A DNA stretch of 64,000 nucleotides from Nibricoccus sp. (lineage in GTDB: Bacteria; Verrucomicrobiota; Verrucomicrobiia; Opitutales; Opitutaceae): the NCBI GenBank assembly GCA_047602425.1, contig JASGHG010000001.1, positions 2,592,001 through 2,656,000 on the forward strand, in the 5' to 3' direction. Both the position numbers and the translations under genes were made by a program. Positions 27,349 to 38,105 of the stretch are shown here, piece after piece. The stretch's first letter is position 1; each line of letters opens with the position of its first letter. The notes under the pieces were generated by a model. The model made no database searches and was not told where the DNA came from. It saw only the letters and a list, made by a program, of their open reading frames with translations.

Positions 27349-30300
27349 CTATTCCGGCCATTTGGTACTGGTGGTTTTGATGGCGAAATAGCGCGAAAGC
27401 GTCCGGGTGAGCTCCTGTCGTTTGAGCGGTTTGGTCAGGTAGTCATCCATTCCCGCGGCAAGACAGAGTTCCGCGTCTCCCTGCATGGCGTGGGCGGTGA
27501 GAGCAATGATCGGTGTATGTTTGCCGCTGCCGGCTTCAAGCTGGCGAATCCGGATCGAGGCCTCGCGTCCGTCAAGTTCGGGCATTTGCACGTCCATGAG
27601 GATGAGGTCGTAATTAGTTCTTTTAAAGTGTTCGATGGCGGCAGTCCCGGTGGAGACGACATCGACGGCGTGGCCGCCAATTTCGAGCATTTTGCGCACA
27701 ACGAGCTGATTGACCGGCGTATCCTCGGCAAGCAGGACGCGGAGCGCGCGGATTTTGCCCGATTCCGGAACTGGCGGAGTGGAATGCTTTTTGCGGTTGT
27801 GGCTGACGGTCCGGAGAATGTCGAGGAGCTGACGACGGAAGACCGGTTTGCGCAGCTTGTGCTCGATGTTGAGCGCGGCACAGCGTTCGTGGTCGGCCGG
27901 ACGATCGGAAGCCAGCAGGAGGATGGCGGGGATTTTTGCGCAACCGGGGATCTTGCGGATCAGATCGATGGCATCGTAACCACTGGAGGTGCCGAGTTGT
28001 TCGTCAACGATCAGAAGAGCGAGTTCTGTTTTTGCAGCGACGATGCTGTTTCGTGCCTCGTCGGCGGTCGATGCCGTGAACGTGGAAACGTGTTGTTCAA
28101 GCAACAGTTTTTCCGTGGCCTTCCGGGCCAGGGGGTGGTCATCGAGAACGAGCACGGGGCCATTTAGGCGCAGGCTGATTGGTTCGGCTGGCGTCGCGGC
28201 TGAACCGACGGGGAGGGTGAGTTCAATATGAAACTGGCTGCCTTCTCCGGGCTGGCTTTCGGCGTAAATTTTGCCGCCCATGAGCGTGACCAGCTGGCGG
28301 CTGATTGTGAGACCGAGTCCGGTGCCGCCGTAACGGCGCGTCATCGAGGAATCGGCCTGGACAAAGGGTTGGAAGATCGCCTCGACGCGGTCCTTGGGTA
28401 TGCCAATGCCGGTATCGCTGACGCAGATATGGAGGGGGCAGCTGGTTGAGGTGATGACCCCGGCAGGCTTGATGGAAAGCGAAACCGAGCCTTTTTCAGT
28501 GAACTTGATGGCGTTCCCCAGCGTGTTAAAGAGCACCTGGCGCAGCCGGTCATTGTCGCCGACGAGCATCGCGGGAATCGAGGCATCGAAGTCGCAGAGA
28601 AGTTCAAGTTGCTTCTGGGCGGCGCGCAGGGCCAGGGGCTCGATGACGTGCTGGACGCAATCGGCGAGGGAGAACTCGACGAGATCGAGCGTGAGTTTTC
28701 CGGACTCAATTTTTGAAAAATCGAGGATGTCGTTGATGACGGTCATGAGGGCGTCGCCGGAAGCGAGGACTGTCTTGAGATAGGAGGATTGCTCCTTGTT
28801 GTTGGATAGGCTCAGCGCGAGTTCGGTCAGGCCGATCACACCATTCATCGGCGTGCGAATTTCGTGGCTCATGTTGGCGACGAATTCGCTCTTTGCCTTG
28901 CTGGCGGCGAGGGCGGCATCGCGTGCAGCCTTGAGATCCTTGGTGCGTTCATCGACCTCCAGCATGAGGAGACGCTGTTGTTTGCGGAGCAGGCGGGTGC
29001 GCCACCAGAAAAACAGGCCAAACGAACTCAGGATGGCCACGCCGGCCAGAAACCAAAACCACCATGTCTCATAAGCATGCGGGGCAATGACAATTTTACA
29101 GGTGGCACCTTGTTCGTTCCAGAGATTGTCTTCATTGCAGGCGATGACGCGAAACGTGTACGTCCCCGGCGGAAGGCCGCCATAATAGGCTTCGCGCTGG
29201 CGCTTGGCGTCGATCCAGTCGCGATCCATCCCATCGAGGCGGTATTTGAAAAAGACGCGGTTGGGATCGCCGAGGCTGAGCGCTGTGTAGCGGAAGACGA
29301 TTTCGCCGCGACCGGCGGGCACCTGAACGGTGGGCGCGGCGAGCATTTTGTGACGATCGGCCATGACGCTTTCGATGACGACATTGGGAACGACGTTGTT
29401 GATACGAATGCGTTCGGGTTTAATGACAGCGATGCCCTTCGTGGTGGAAACCCAGATGCCCTGGGCGCCAAGGTCGGCGAGAGCGGAAGGGCTGACGTTA
29501 TTGGGCGCCGGGCTCCGCATGCCGTCGGATTCGTTGTAGAAAATATAGTCAAAGGTCGAAGCCCTGCCTTCCCAGACGGCGATGAGATCCGAGACCTTGG
29601 CCCGCAAAATGCCATTGCGCATGCTCAACCAAGCTTCTCCATCGCGCACGATCAGGCCATAACCGAGCCGTCCAAGGGCTTCGGGAAGTTTCAGGCGTTG
29701 GATGCCGTTGCTGGTAAAACGCTGCAATTCGAAATCGTCGCGCAAAAGCCACATCGTGCCGTCAGTGTGCTCGTGGAAAACCACCGGATTTCGAGGGCCT
29801 CTGTCGGCTGGTTCGTCAAACCGCGTCCATTTCTCGTTTTCCAAAACGGCCGTGCCCCGATCCCAGGCGACCCAGAGCCTACCTTTGGAATCTCCCGCCA
29901 AGGCGCGGGGCATGGCCTCCTTTAGCGGGGCGTCGGCTTTTTGAGTGACGCCATTTTTTGTATGAAAAAGGCCGCCACGATTGAGAATGGAAACCCAGAG
30001 ATCGCCGGGACTGAGTTCGACGATGCCGCTGACGATGTTGTTGTAGGTCCGGTGCTGGTCGACCTTTCCGTCCTTATTGAGATGGTCGAGACCGTTGGCG
30101 TAATAACCGATCCAAAGACCACCGTCGCTGGCCTCGGAGAGGACCATGGGAGTATTATCAGCCAAGCCATCCTGCGTGGTGTAGACCTGCATGCCGGAAG
30201 GTTTGGCGTGGACGAGGCCGCCGCCGCCATTGGTGCCGACCCAAATCTCGCCGGAGCGCGTTTTGCAGATTGTGTTTATTGAGTTGATCGGCAAACCGTC

Positions 30301-31311
30301 GCGGGTGGTAAGGTTGGTGATCTTGGTATCGTGCAGGCGCATCACGCCGCTGTCCGTGCCGCACCAAAGGTTGCCCTCGATGTCCTCCTGGATGCAAAGA
30401 ATGTGGCTGAGAGCTTCGTTGCCGTTGATCGTGACGGCCTCGATTTTCCCATTGGTGTAGCGGAGGAGTCCGTTGGGCGTGCCGATCCAGAGATTTTCGT
30501 CGCGATCGACGAAGAGGCTGCGGACGACTTCGATCTTGAAACCATTGGCGCCGGGGAATCTTTGAAGCTGGTTGTCTTTTAGGTGATAGAGACCAGTTTT
30601 GCTCGCGAGCCACAAGCCGCCCTCGCGATCCTCCGCGATCGATCTGATTTCAGGGTTGTTCGGGATGCGCGTGGTGTTGTCGAAAATCTCGCGAGTGCCG
30701 TCCTTTTTGATGCGGACCAGGATGCTGCCCATGACGAGGAGGTCGCCATTGCGGGCGCGGTGGAGCGCTTGAAAATACCAGCCGAGATCGTTTTTTGCAC
30801 CGAGTTCGATTTTGGAAATACGACCGTCCTCCCACCGCAGCACGCTGCTTGTATTGGCGATGTACATACCGTTGCCGTCGACAAGCAGACCGGTGATTTC
30901 CGCGTTATCGATTTCGGCGCCGAGGGAAGGTTTGCTCCAGATTCCGTCGTGATACCACAGCACGCCCTTGCGCGTTCCGACCCAAAGCCGGTGGTGCATG
31001 TCTTCCGCAAGAAAGGAAACTTCGTCAAGGGGAAGCCCGCCAGTGTCCTTCGTGGAGAAATTCGTGAAGGTGACGCTGTCGAAACGACTGAGGCCAGCGC
31101 GTGTGCCGAACCACAGGTAGCCATCGCTCGATTGAAAAACACTGCGAACCGCGGAGTAGGGGAGACCATCCGTCATGTTCCAATCTGCGTAGTGATACTG
31201 AGTGGGCGCGCAGGCTGGATCCAACGCGCGCAGCGGCGCGGTCAGCGCGCAAACGAGCATCACCGCCAAGCCAAGGGCATGGCGTGCCTTGAAATTGCAG
31301 GTGTAAGACAC
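27349..31311 (-). CDS. Hybrid sensor histidine kinase (beta-propeller repeats, Y_Y_Y, HisKA, HATPase, two receiver domains)
   Basis: Repeated D..G.LW.GT..GL; YRLDG...[40 protein letters not shown] start at 31311 inferred from the promoter and signal peptide. Confidence 0.93.
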   Translation of the reverse strand: MSYTCNFKARHALGLAVMLVCALTAPLRALDPACAPTQYHYADWNMTDGLPYSAVRSVFQSSDGYLWFGTRAGLSRFDSVTFTNFSTKDTGGLPLDEVSFLAEDMHHRLWVGTRKGVLWYHDGIWSKPSLGAEIDNAEITGLLVDGNGMYIANTSSVLRWEDGRISKIELGAKNDLGWYFQALHRARNGDLLVMGSILVRIKKDGTREIFDNTTRIPNNPEIRSIAEDREGGLWLASKTGLYHLKDNQLQRFPGANGFKIEVVRSLFVDRDENLWIGTPNGLLRYTNGKIEAVTINGNEALSHILCIQEDIEGNLWCGTDSGVMRLHDTKITNLTTRDGLPINSINTICKTRSGEIWVGTNGGGGLVHAKPSGMQVYTTQDGLADNTPMVLSEASDGGLWIGYYANGLDHLNKDGKVDQHRTYNNIVSGIVELSPGDLWVSILNRGGLFHTKNGVTQKADAPLKEAMPRALAGDSKGRLWVAWDRGTAVLENEKWTRFDEPADRGPRNPVVFHEHTDGTMWLLRDDFELQRFTSNGIQRLKLPEALGRLGYGLIVRDGEAWLSMRNGILRAKVSDLIAVWEGRASTFDYIFYNESDGMRSPAPNNVSPSALADLGAQGIWVSTTKGIAVIKPERIRINNVVPNVVIESVMADRHKMLAAPTVQVPAGRGEIVFRYTALSLGDPNRVFFKYRLDGMDRDWIDAKRQREAYYGGLPPGTYTFRVIACNEDNLWNEQGATCKIVIAPHAYETWWFWFLAGVAILSSFGLFFWWRTRLLRKQQRLLMLEVDERTKDLKAARDAALAASKAKSEFVANMSHEIRTPMNGVIGLTELALSLSNNKEQSSYLKTVLASGDALMTVINDILDFSKIESGKLTLDLVEFSLADCVQHVIEPLALRAAQKQLELLCDFDASIPAMLVGDNDRLRQVLFNTLGNAIKFTEKGSVSLSIKPAGVITSTSCPLHICVSDTGIGIPKDRVEAIFQPFVQADSSMTRRYGGTGLGLTISRQLVTLMGGKIYAESQPGEGSQFHIELTLPVGSAATPAEPISLRLNGPVLVLDDHPLARKATEKLLLEQHVSTFTASTADEARNSIVAAKTELALLIVDEQLGTSSGYDAIDLIRKIPGCAKIPAILLLASDRPADHERCAALNIEHKLRKPVFRRQLLDILRTVSHNRKKHSTPPVPESGKIRALRVLLAEDTPVNQLVVRKMLEIGGHAVDVVSTGTAAIEHFKRTNYDLILMDVQMPELDGREASIRIRQLEAGSGKHTPIIALTAHAMQGDAELCLAAGMDDYLTKPLKRQELTRTLSRYFAIKTTSTKWPE

Positions 31312-31318
31312 GGTTAAA

Positions 31319-31345
31319 CTATCGGCACGATGTTCTTGAGCTTGA
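31319..31345 (-). promoter_or_regulatory. Sigma28 (FliA)-type promoter of the hybrid kinase
   Basis: Minus strand TCAAGCTC-N11-GCCGATAG (TCAA-N15-GCCGATAG). Confidence 0.68.
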
Positions 31346-31484
31346 TCGTGTCCGGCAAGGACTAGCACGAACGCTAAATTGCGTGGAGACTGTCAGAATA
31401 CGAGCGACGTTGACGATTTTCGGGACGCGCAGAAAGTTGTGCGGCATCGTGTCCGCCGCGCCGCAACCCCGTTCTCCGCTTCTT

Positions 31485-34055
31485 ATGCGAAAAATCCGTT
31501 CCTATCTTATTGTTCTATTGCTGATTGCCGCGCTTTCGCCATCGCAAGCTGCATACACACCAGTTTCACGTCCGACGGTGGTGCCGATTCCGCCAATTAC
31601 GACAGGCCAGCCGGAGCGACCCGGAGTGAATGCGCTTCCGCTTCGCAAGGAAATGCCCGACCCGCTGGCGTCGACCGACGGACGCCGCATCACGACCGCG
31701 GCGGACTGGGAAAAACATCGGGCTGAGATCAAGGCGCTGCTGATGTACTATTCCACCGGGTTCATTCCGCCTGCGCCGGGCAATGTGGCCGGCCGCGTCC
31801 TCGCCGACGAAAAATTGCTCGATGGCAGCGTGCGTTACCGGCTCGTGCGACTGACGTTTGGACCGAATCAATCGCTAGGTCTAGACTTTGCGCTCTTCAC
31901 GCCGACGGACAAGCCCGGGCCCTTTCCGACCGTGATTTTCCCGACTTTTACGCCGACTCCGGGCGGCGAACCGCTGCCGCTGCTGCCGCGTCATCCGCTG
32001 CAAGGCAAGGGGCTCGATGCCCTCGCGATGCCATTAGGCATTCCCGAGGAATTTGTGGCCGCCAAACCGCCTGCGCCGGTCACGCCGGAAAAGTTCGTGG
32101 TCGAGCATCGCGACGTGTTTGTTCGCGGCTACGCCATTGCCACCTTCAATTATCAGGATGCCGGGGAAGATTCCATCGTGCGCAACACCGACGGCAGCTG
32201 GGCCTTTCGCAACAGCCGCTTTTTCCCCGCCTATCCCCAATATGACTGGGGGTTGCTCGGCTCCTGGGCGTGGGGTATTTCGCGTTGTATCGATTTTCTG
32301 GAGACGCAGCCCGAAATCGACCGGACGCGTTTTATCGCTGCCGGGCATTCGCGCATCGGCAAAGCCGTCCTTGTGGCGGGAGCCTTCGACGAGCGCATCG
32401 CGGTTTCAGCGCCGGTGGGATCGGCGGGCGGCGGCGTGGGCGCGTACCGTCACAGTGGCTTTGGCCGCAACGGAGGCGAAGGCATCGACGACATGATGCG
32501 CAAATATCCCAACTGGTTTTCCCCGCATCTCCGCGAATTCGGCCCTGCGGCGGACAAATTGCCCTTCGATCAACACTGGTTTGTCGCACTGACCGCACCA
32601 CGTGCGTTCATCGCCATTGACGGCAATGCGGACCGCATCTGTTCGCCCACCGCGGTGCGCGCTTCGCTTCGCGCAGCCGAACCAGTTTATGCGCTCTATG
32701 GAGCCGCGGAGAAAATTGGCCTGCACTACGGCGAGCACGGGCACGCCTTCAATGCCGCGGACTGGGCCGCTTTGCTCGACTTCGCCGACTGGCATTTGCG
32801 CGGGCAAAAGCCCACGCGGAGCTTTGGTGTCGGTTCCCCCGACGCGAAGCCGCTTGTGCTCGATGTGCGCAAGCTCGGCGCCGCGGGGGACGGCCGCACC
32901 AAGGACACTGAGGTTTTTCAACGCGCTTTTGACCGCTGTTTTGCGGCGGGTGGGGGCGAAGTCATGGTACCGGCCGGCGAATACCTGATCGGCGCGGTTC
33001 AGCTTCGCGCACGCACCACGTTACGCCTGGAAGAAGGTTCGGTTCTGCGCGGCAGCCCGGATCTGGCCGATTACCCGATCGAACGCATCCGCTGGGAAGG
33101 GCAGTGGGAGGATGGGCATCGTGCTCTCATCAACGCCGCCGACGCCGACCAGATTGCCATTGTCGGTCTCGGCCACATCGCCGGGGCCGAGACGCTTGGC
33201 CGCCAGCGCAATCCACGGGCTCCAGCGCTTATTGAGACGATTCATTGCGATGGTGTGCGCTTCGAAGGTTTTTCCACGACCTACGCCAACATGTGGTGCA
33301 TCCACCCGACGCGCTGTCGCAATATCGTTGCCCGCAACCTCCGCGTCCGCAGCGGAGGCGGCAATGGCGACGGTCTCGACATCGACTCCTGCAAAAATGT
33401 GCTGATCGAACACTGCGACATCATGACCGGAGACGATCCGATCGCGCTGAAATCGGGGCGCGGGCTGGAAGGTTATCTGGCTGGCGAAGCCACCGAGGAC
33501 GTAACTATCCGGCATTGCACCCTTGGCGATTCCAACTGGGCCTGCATTGGAATCGGCAGCGAGATGTCCGGCGGCATCCGCAACGTCCGTATCGAACACT
33601 GCACCTTTGTCCATAGCCGAACCAGTGGCATCTACATAAAAGGCCGGCCAGGCCGCGGCGGTGTCATTGAGAACATCGTCGTCGATGACGTGAACGTCCT
33701 CAGCGCGGATGGCGCCGTGCTCCGCATCAATTTGCTCAACAGCGGCAAAGAAGGCTCCGACCCCGTTCCCGGCGACGAGGGCGTCCCGCTGGGACGAAAT
33801 TTCCGTTTTTCCAACATCCGTTTTGTCGGCGCCGGCCGCGTCACCGAAATGACGGTTCCTGCCACAAAGCCGGTTGAAGGTCTCGTCCTGGAGAATTGGG
33901 CTGGTTCGGCCAAGAACGGCCTCCAGTTGGAAAACGTCAAAGGCATCGAATTGCGCAATATCAGCGTCAAGGTGGCCGAAGGGCCGGTTTTAAAAGCGGA
34001 AGGTGTGACCGGCGCCGGGCTTGAAGACGAACTGGGTACAAGCGCCAAGCCATAG
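31485..34055 (+). CDS. Secreted fusion of a CE15-like (glucuronoyl esterase) domain and a GH28 domain
   Basis: Signal peptide; WAWGISR..D.L, GHSRIGK, PFDQH (CE15); GAAGDG..KDT, NGDGLD, GDD.IALKSG, IGSE, IKG (GH28). Confidence 0.88.
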   Translation: MRKIRSYLIVLLLIAALSPSQAAYTPVSRPTVVPIPPITTGQPERPGVNALPLRKEMPDPLASTDGRRITTAADWEKHRAEIKALLMYYSTGFIPPAPGNVAGRVLADEKLLDGSVRYRLVRLTFGPNQSLGLDFALFTPTDKPGPFPTVIFPTFTPTPGGEPLPLLPRHPLQGKGLDALAMPLGIPEEFVAAKPPAPVTPEKFVVEHRDVFVRGYAIATFNYQDAGEDSIVRNTDGSWAFRNSRFFPAYPQYDWGLLGSWAWGISRCIDFLETQPEIDRTRFIAAGHSRIGKAVLVAGAFDERIAVSAPVGSAGGGVGAYRHSGFGRNGGEGIDDMMRKYPNWFSPHLREFGPAADKLPFDQHWFVALTAPRAFIAIDGNADRICSPTAVRASLRAAEPVYALYGAAEKIGLHYGEHGHAFNAADWAALLDFADWHLRGQKPTRSFGVGSPDAKPLVLDVRKLGAAGDGRTKDTEVFQRAFDRCFAAGGGEVMVPAGEYLIGAVQLRARTTLRLEEGSVLRGSPDLADYPIERIRWEGQWEDGHRALINAADADQIAIVGLGHIAGAETLGRQRNPRAPALIETIHCDGVRFEGFSTTYANMWCIHPTRCRNIVARNLRVRSGGGNGDGLDIDSCKNVLIEHCDIMTGDDPIALKSGRGLEGYLAGEATEDVTIRHCTLGDSNWACIGIGSEMSGGIRNVRIEHCTFVHSRTSGIYIKGRPGRGGVIENIVVDDVNVLSADGAVLRINLLNSGKEGSDPVPGDEGVPLGRNFRFSNIRFVGAGRVTEMTVPATKPVEGLVLENWAGSAKNGLQLENVKGIELRNISVKVAEGPVLKAEGVTGAGLEDELGTSAKP

Positions 34056-34088
34056 GACGGCGTGCAGTTGCCCATCCGTTGAGTTCGC

Positions 34089-34122
34089 AAAAAAAAGCCG
34101 GCCGTCTGGAATGACGGCCGGC
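34089..34122 (-). terminator. Intrinsic terminator for cheW
   Basis: A8 then GCCGGCCGTC-TGGAAT-GACGGCCGGC. Confidence 0.85.
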
Positions 34123-34152
34123 GAAGCTGAAAGGGAAGGACCTGGCGGCAGC

Positions 34153-34662
34153 TCAAACGTTTCGTGCGATGTGTTCCACCGTTTCGGGTGAAACAACGCG
34201 GTCGATGTCGAGCAAGGTTTTTACGGCGCCTTTGATCTTGGCCATGCCAAGGATATAGGTGGTGTCGATGCGCGTGCCGAAATCCGGCGTGGGTTCGATT
34301 TCGTTGGCGGCGAGGTTCACGACCTCTTCAACGCTATCGACGATGAGACCCATTTGCACGGTCTGGCCTGAGGGAAGTTTGACTTGCACCACCACGATAC
34401 AGGTGCGCTCGGCGAATTCGGCCTTGAGGCCGAATTTCACGCGGAGATCGATAATCGGGATGACGCGTCCGCGGAGATTGATCACGCCTTTGACGAATTC
34501 CGGCATTTGCGGAACCGGGGTGATCTTTTGCATGCGGATGATTTCTCGTACCTTGAGAACGGCGACGCCATACGACTCATTGTCGAGGGCTACGGTGAGG
34601 TATTTGCCGGCATTTTGGGCGTCGATTGTCGAAGCTATGGAGGGTACGGCGGGAGAACTCAT
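34153..34662 (-). CDS. cheW: Chemotaxis coupling protein CheW
   Basis: VREII...ITPVPQMPEFVKGVINLRGRVIPIIDLR, GLIVDSVEEV. Confidence 0.97.
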   Translation of the reverse strand: MSSPAVPSIASTIDAQNAGKYLTVALDNESYGVAVLKVREIIRMQKITPVPQMPEFVKGVINLRGRVIPIIDLRVKFGLKAEFAERTCIVVVQVKLPSGQTVQMGLIVDSVEEVVNLAANEIEPTPDFGTRIDTTYILGMAKIKGAVKTLLDIDRVVSPETVEHIARNV

Positions 34663-34708
34663 AAATACTTGGTCGCCTGCGCAGGAGTGCGCGGTGAGAC
34701 ACCTCACT

Positions 34709-34736
34709 ATTACGGCTCAACCCTTCCTTCGCTTTA
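34709..34736 (-). promoter_or_regulatory. Sigma28-type promoter of cheW
   Basis: Minus strand TAAAG-N15-GCCGTAAT. Confidence 0.7.
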
Positions 34737-34792
34737 GCGGAAAATATGGCCCGTGATGAGCGCGGGAAGTGCCTTTTGATTTACGAGATAGT

Positions 34793-34819
34793 TCAAGTTT
34801 CCGCGGGTTGAGCCGTACT
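34793..34819 (+). promoter_or_regulatory. Sigma28-type promoter of cheA-HDOD
   Basis: TCAAGTTT-N11-GCCGTACT. Confidence 0.7.
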
Positions 34820-34848
34820 ATTGGAAGTTAATCAACACCCCCAGCGGT

Positions 34849-37053
34849 ATGCCACTTTCTCCGGATTCCTTCGCCGCCCTCGACGACGTCATCAACCGTC
34901 TCGCGGGCGAATCAATACTTGCCCAATCGGGACGAGACGAGGGTCTCATACCCGCGTACAGCCTGTTGGGCGAACTCTGCGAGCTCAGCGCCGCCGAGCC
35001 CGCTCTGCAAGGCCCGGCCACCGGCATGCGTGCCGAGTTGGAAAAGCTCCTCGACAACGCCAAGCCCTTTGACGACGCAAATCTTTCCGCGCTCCGTTCG
35101 CTCGTCGAATGGCTGCCGAAGGCCCTTGCCGCAGCCAAGGCCGGACAGTCCATTGCCACACCATCTACTCCCGCTAAAGCCGCCCCAGGCGCTTCCTCCA
35201 GCGCCGAGATCACGCCAGCCGTCGACGACGGCCTCGCCGCCAGCGACGTGGTGCTCGATCTGAACCTTGAGGAAAATCGCGAACTGCTCACCGAATTTCA
35301 CGCCGAGGCACTCGATCACCTTCAGCAGATCGAGGCCGCCCTGCTGGCTCTCGACGAGCAACCCGATGACCCTGAGGCGCTCAACTCCATTTTCCGCTCG
35401 TTCCACACGATCAAGGGCGTCTCGGGCTTCCTGCATCTCACGCCGATGCACACGCTCACGCACGAGGTGGAATCGCTGCTCGATCTCGCGCGCAACCGGA
35501 AGCTCCGGCTCAACTCCACCATCATCACGGAAGTTCTCCGCAGCCGCGACGCCGTGCAGGCCATGGTTCAACAAATTACCGCGGCTCTCGAAAACGGCAC
35601 GCTGCCTTCGCAGGTCATCCCTGTGAGTCATCTGATGCGCGCGGTCAAACGTCTGGCGGTTCCGGATAGTTCGTCTACCGCTCCGGTGATTGTGCCGACG
35701 GTGGATTCCGTTCCGCCGGCTCCCGTCGCAATTGCCGACGACGAGGACGAAGACGATACGACCCCGCCCGTCGCGCCTGTCCTTCACTTTAACGAGACGT
35801 CCCCGGCCATTCCCGCTGCGCCGCATGCCGAAACGGCCCCCACGCCTAAATCCGCAGAGGCCAAACCCGCCGCGGCCACCCAGGGCAAATCCGGCAGCTC
35901 CAGCACGGTTCGCGTCAACACCGAGAAACTCGATTCGCTCATGGATGTCGTCGGCGAACTCGTCATCGTGCAAAGCCAGTTGAACGAATCGGCTCGTTGT
36001 CTCGACGGCGAAAATACCGCGCTCGCCCGCAACATCGCCCAATTTGGCCGTCTCACCAAAGAGCTTCAGCACACTTCGATGTCGCTGCGCATGATCCCGA
36101 TCAAGCCGACCTTCCAGAAAATGGAACGCCTGGCTCGCGATCTGGCGCGCGATTTTGGGAAAAAAGTGACTTTCAACGTCTCCGGCGAAGACACCGAACT
36201 CGACCGCACCGTGGTCGAGGACATCGGCGATCCACTTGTGCACATGGTGCGCAATTCCCTCGACCATGGCTTGGAAACCCGTGCCGAACGTGCCACCACC
36301 GGTAAACCCGAGGCGGGCATCGTTTCGCTCAAGGCCTACCATGAGGGTGGCAACATCGTCATCGAACTGGGCGACGACGGCCGTGGCATCAATCCCGACA
36401 AGGTGCTGGCCAAGGCCCGCAAGCAGGGCCTCGTCTCCGAGACAGCCCAGCTTTCGAAGGAGGAAATCCTTAACCTTATTTTCCTGCCTGGATTTTCCAC
36501 CGCCGAAAAGGTCACCGCTGTTTCCGGCCGTGGCGTCGGCATGGATGTCGTGCGCCGCAACATCGAAAAATTGCGCGGCAAGATCGAGATCGAGTCCGAA
36601 GTGGGCAAGGGTTCGACTTTCCGCATTCGTTTGCCCCTCACCATGGCCATCATCGACGGCTTGGTGGTGCGCGTGGGCGACGACCGCTTCATCCTTCCCA
36701 GCACTTCCGTGCAGATGGCATTGCGTCCGGCCAAGGAAGCGCTTTCCACCGTCCAAGGTCGCGGCGAAATCCTCGACCATCGCGGCAAGGTTTTGCCTCT
36801 TCATCGTCTGCATCGCCGATTCGGTATCGCCGGCGCCGTCGAAAATCCTTGGGAGGCGATCGTCGTCATCGTCGAGAGCAACGGGAAAGCGAACGCCCTC
36901 CTCGTCGACGACATGGTCAGCAAGCAGGAAGTCGTCATCAAGCCGCTTGGCGGTTTTCTCCAGAACCTCGCGGGCATCTCGGGCGGCGCCATCCTTGGCG
37001 ATGGCAATATCGCTTTGATTCTTGATCCTGGTTCGCTCTTCGCCGCCGCCTGA
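34849..37053 (+). CDS. cheA: Chemotaxis histidine kinase CheA
   Basis: Hpt FRSFHTIKG, VRVNTEKLDSLMDVVGELV, HMVRNSLDHG, DDGRG, SGRGVGMDVV, C-terminal CheW domain. Confidence 0.97.
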   Translation: MPLSPDSFAALDDVINRLAGESILAQSGRDEGLIPAYSLLGELCELSAAEPALQGPATGMRAELEKLLDNAKPFDDANLSALRSLVEWLPKALAAAKAGQSIATPSTPAKAAPGASSSAEITPAVDDGLAASDVVLDLNLEENRELLTEFHAEALDHLQQIEAALLALDEQPDDPEALNSIFRSFHTIKGVSGFLHLTPMHTLTHEVESLLDLARNRKLRLNSTIITEVLRSRDAVQAMVQQITAALENGTLPSQVIPVSHLMRAVKRLAVPDSSSTAPVIVPTVDSVPPAPVAIADDEDEDDTTPPVAPVLHFNETSPAIPAAPHAETAPTPKSAEAKPAAATQGKSGSSSTVRVNTEKLDSLMDVVGELVIVQSQLNESARCLDGENTALARNIAQFGRLTKELQHTSMSLRMIPIKPTFQKMERLARDLARDFGKKVTFNVSGEDTELDRTVVEDIGDPLVHMVRNSLDHGLETRAERATTGKPEAGIVSLKAYHEGGNIVIELGDDGRGINPDKVLAKARKQGLVSETAQLSKEEILNLIFLPGFSTAEKVTAVSGRGVGMDVVRRNIEKLRGKIEIESEVGKGSTFRIRLPLTMAIIDGLVVRVGDDRFILPSTSVQMALRPAKEALSTVQGRGEILDHRGKVLPLHRLHRRFGIAGAVENPWEAIVVIVESNGKANALLVDDMVSKQEVVIKPLGGFLQNLAGISGGAILGDGNIALILDPGSLFAAA

Positions 37054-37074
37054 TAAAAAAAATTCCGACACCCC

Positions 37075-37953
37075 ATGTCCACTGTTCCCACGTTTGCCGA
37101 AGTCTGCGAAAAAGCCACGAAACTTCCCTGTTCGCCGGCGCTGCTCCCGCGCCTCATTTCCGTGCTGGAGAAGGAGGATTCCTCCATCGATGAGCTCGAG
37201 TCGGTGATTCGCGTCGACACGGTTCTGGCTGCTTCCACGCTGCGTCTTGCCAACTCCGCCTATTTTGCCGCCGGCACGAGTCAGGTGGAAAATTTGAGCG
37301 AGGCGATCATGCGTCTCGGTCAGCGGGAAGTTTACCGGCTTGCCGCGCTTTCGCTAACCAGTCGTTGGATGAATCAAAAAGTTGACGGTTACCGTTGGGA
37401 GCCGGGCGATTTCTGCCGTCTCTCGCTTATGACCGCGGTGGCTGGCGAATACCTCGCGGAAAAATCCGAGCGCGCCGATCCCAAGACGGCCTACACCGCC
37501 GGCCTCGTCCACGAAGTGGGCAAGCTTGCAGTCGCGTATTCATGCGGCGAATACTTCCCCGCCATCCGTGCGCTCCAGACCAGCACCAGTTGCACCTGGC
37601 TCAACGCGGAAAAGCAGATTCTCGGTTACAATAATTCCGAAGTGGGTGCCGAACTCCTCAAACGCTGGAAATTCCCGCCTTCTTTCGTGGCGCTTGGCGC
37701 CCATAATCCACCCACGGCCAGCGCTCCGGCCGAGGTTTTGCCCCTCCTGGTGCATGTTCACGCCGCCAAATACGTCGCGGTTACCATTGGTGTCGGCGTG
37801 GCCGAAGATGGCTTTTTGTACGAGCTCAATGCCCCATTACTCATGGAATGGGGTTTTTCCCCCAATGTGTTGGAGGCGGCCATACCCGAGGTTATCACAC
37901 GGGCTGGCAAGCTCTTGCAGGAAAAACTTTCGCACGGCTCGCTGAGCTTTTGA
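37075..37953 (+). CDS. HDOD-domain protein
   Basis: LP.SP, D.VLAA..LRLANSAYF, AIMRLG, AYTAGLVHEVGKL, EKQILG....VGAELLKRWKFP. Confidence 0.93.
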   Translation: MSTVPTFAEVCEKATKLPCSPALLPRLISVLEKEDSSIDELESVIRVDTVLAASTLRLANSAYFAAGTSQVENLSEAIMRLGQREVYRLAALSLTSRWMNQKVDGYRWEPGDFCRLSLMTAVAGEYLAEKSERADPKTAYTAGLVHEVGKLAVAYSCGEYFPAIRALQTSTSCTWLNAEKQILGYNNSEVGAELLKRWKFPPSFVALGAHNPPTASAPAEVLPLLVHVHAAKYVAVTIGVGVAEDGFLYELNAPLLMEWGFSPNVLEAAIPEVITRAGKLLQEKLSHGSLSF

Positions 37954-38071
37954 AGCGATGAGCTGAGTGCCGTTGTGCGATTCCGGGGGTGGTGGTTCGG
38001 TCGGCTAACCCGGACCCCGCCCCCACCTGAAATGTTTTTTGGACATCCACAAAAATATTTTGAGAAGCCGC

Positions 38072-38098
38072 TAAAGTTTAAAAAAAGCGGACCGATAT
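38072..38098 (+). promoter_or_regulatory. Sigma28-type promoter with no adjacent start codon
   Basis: TAAAGTTT-N11-ACCGATAT versus consensus TAAAGTTT-N11-GCCGATAA. Confidence 0.78.
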
Positions 38099-38105
38099 CA
38101 TACCC

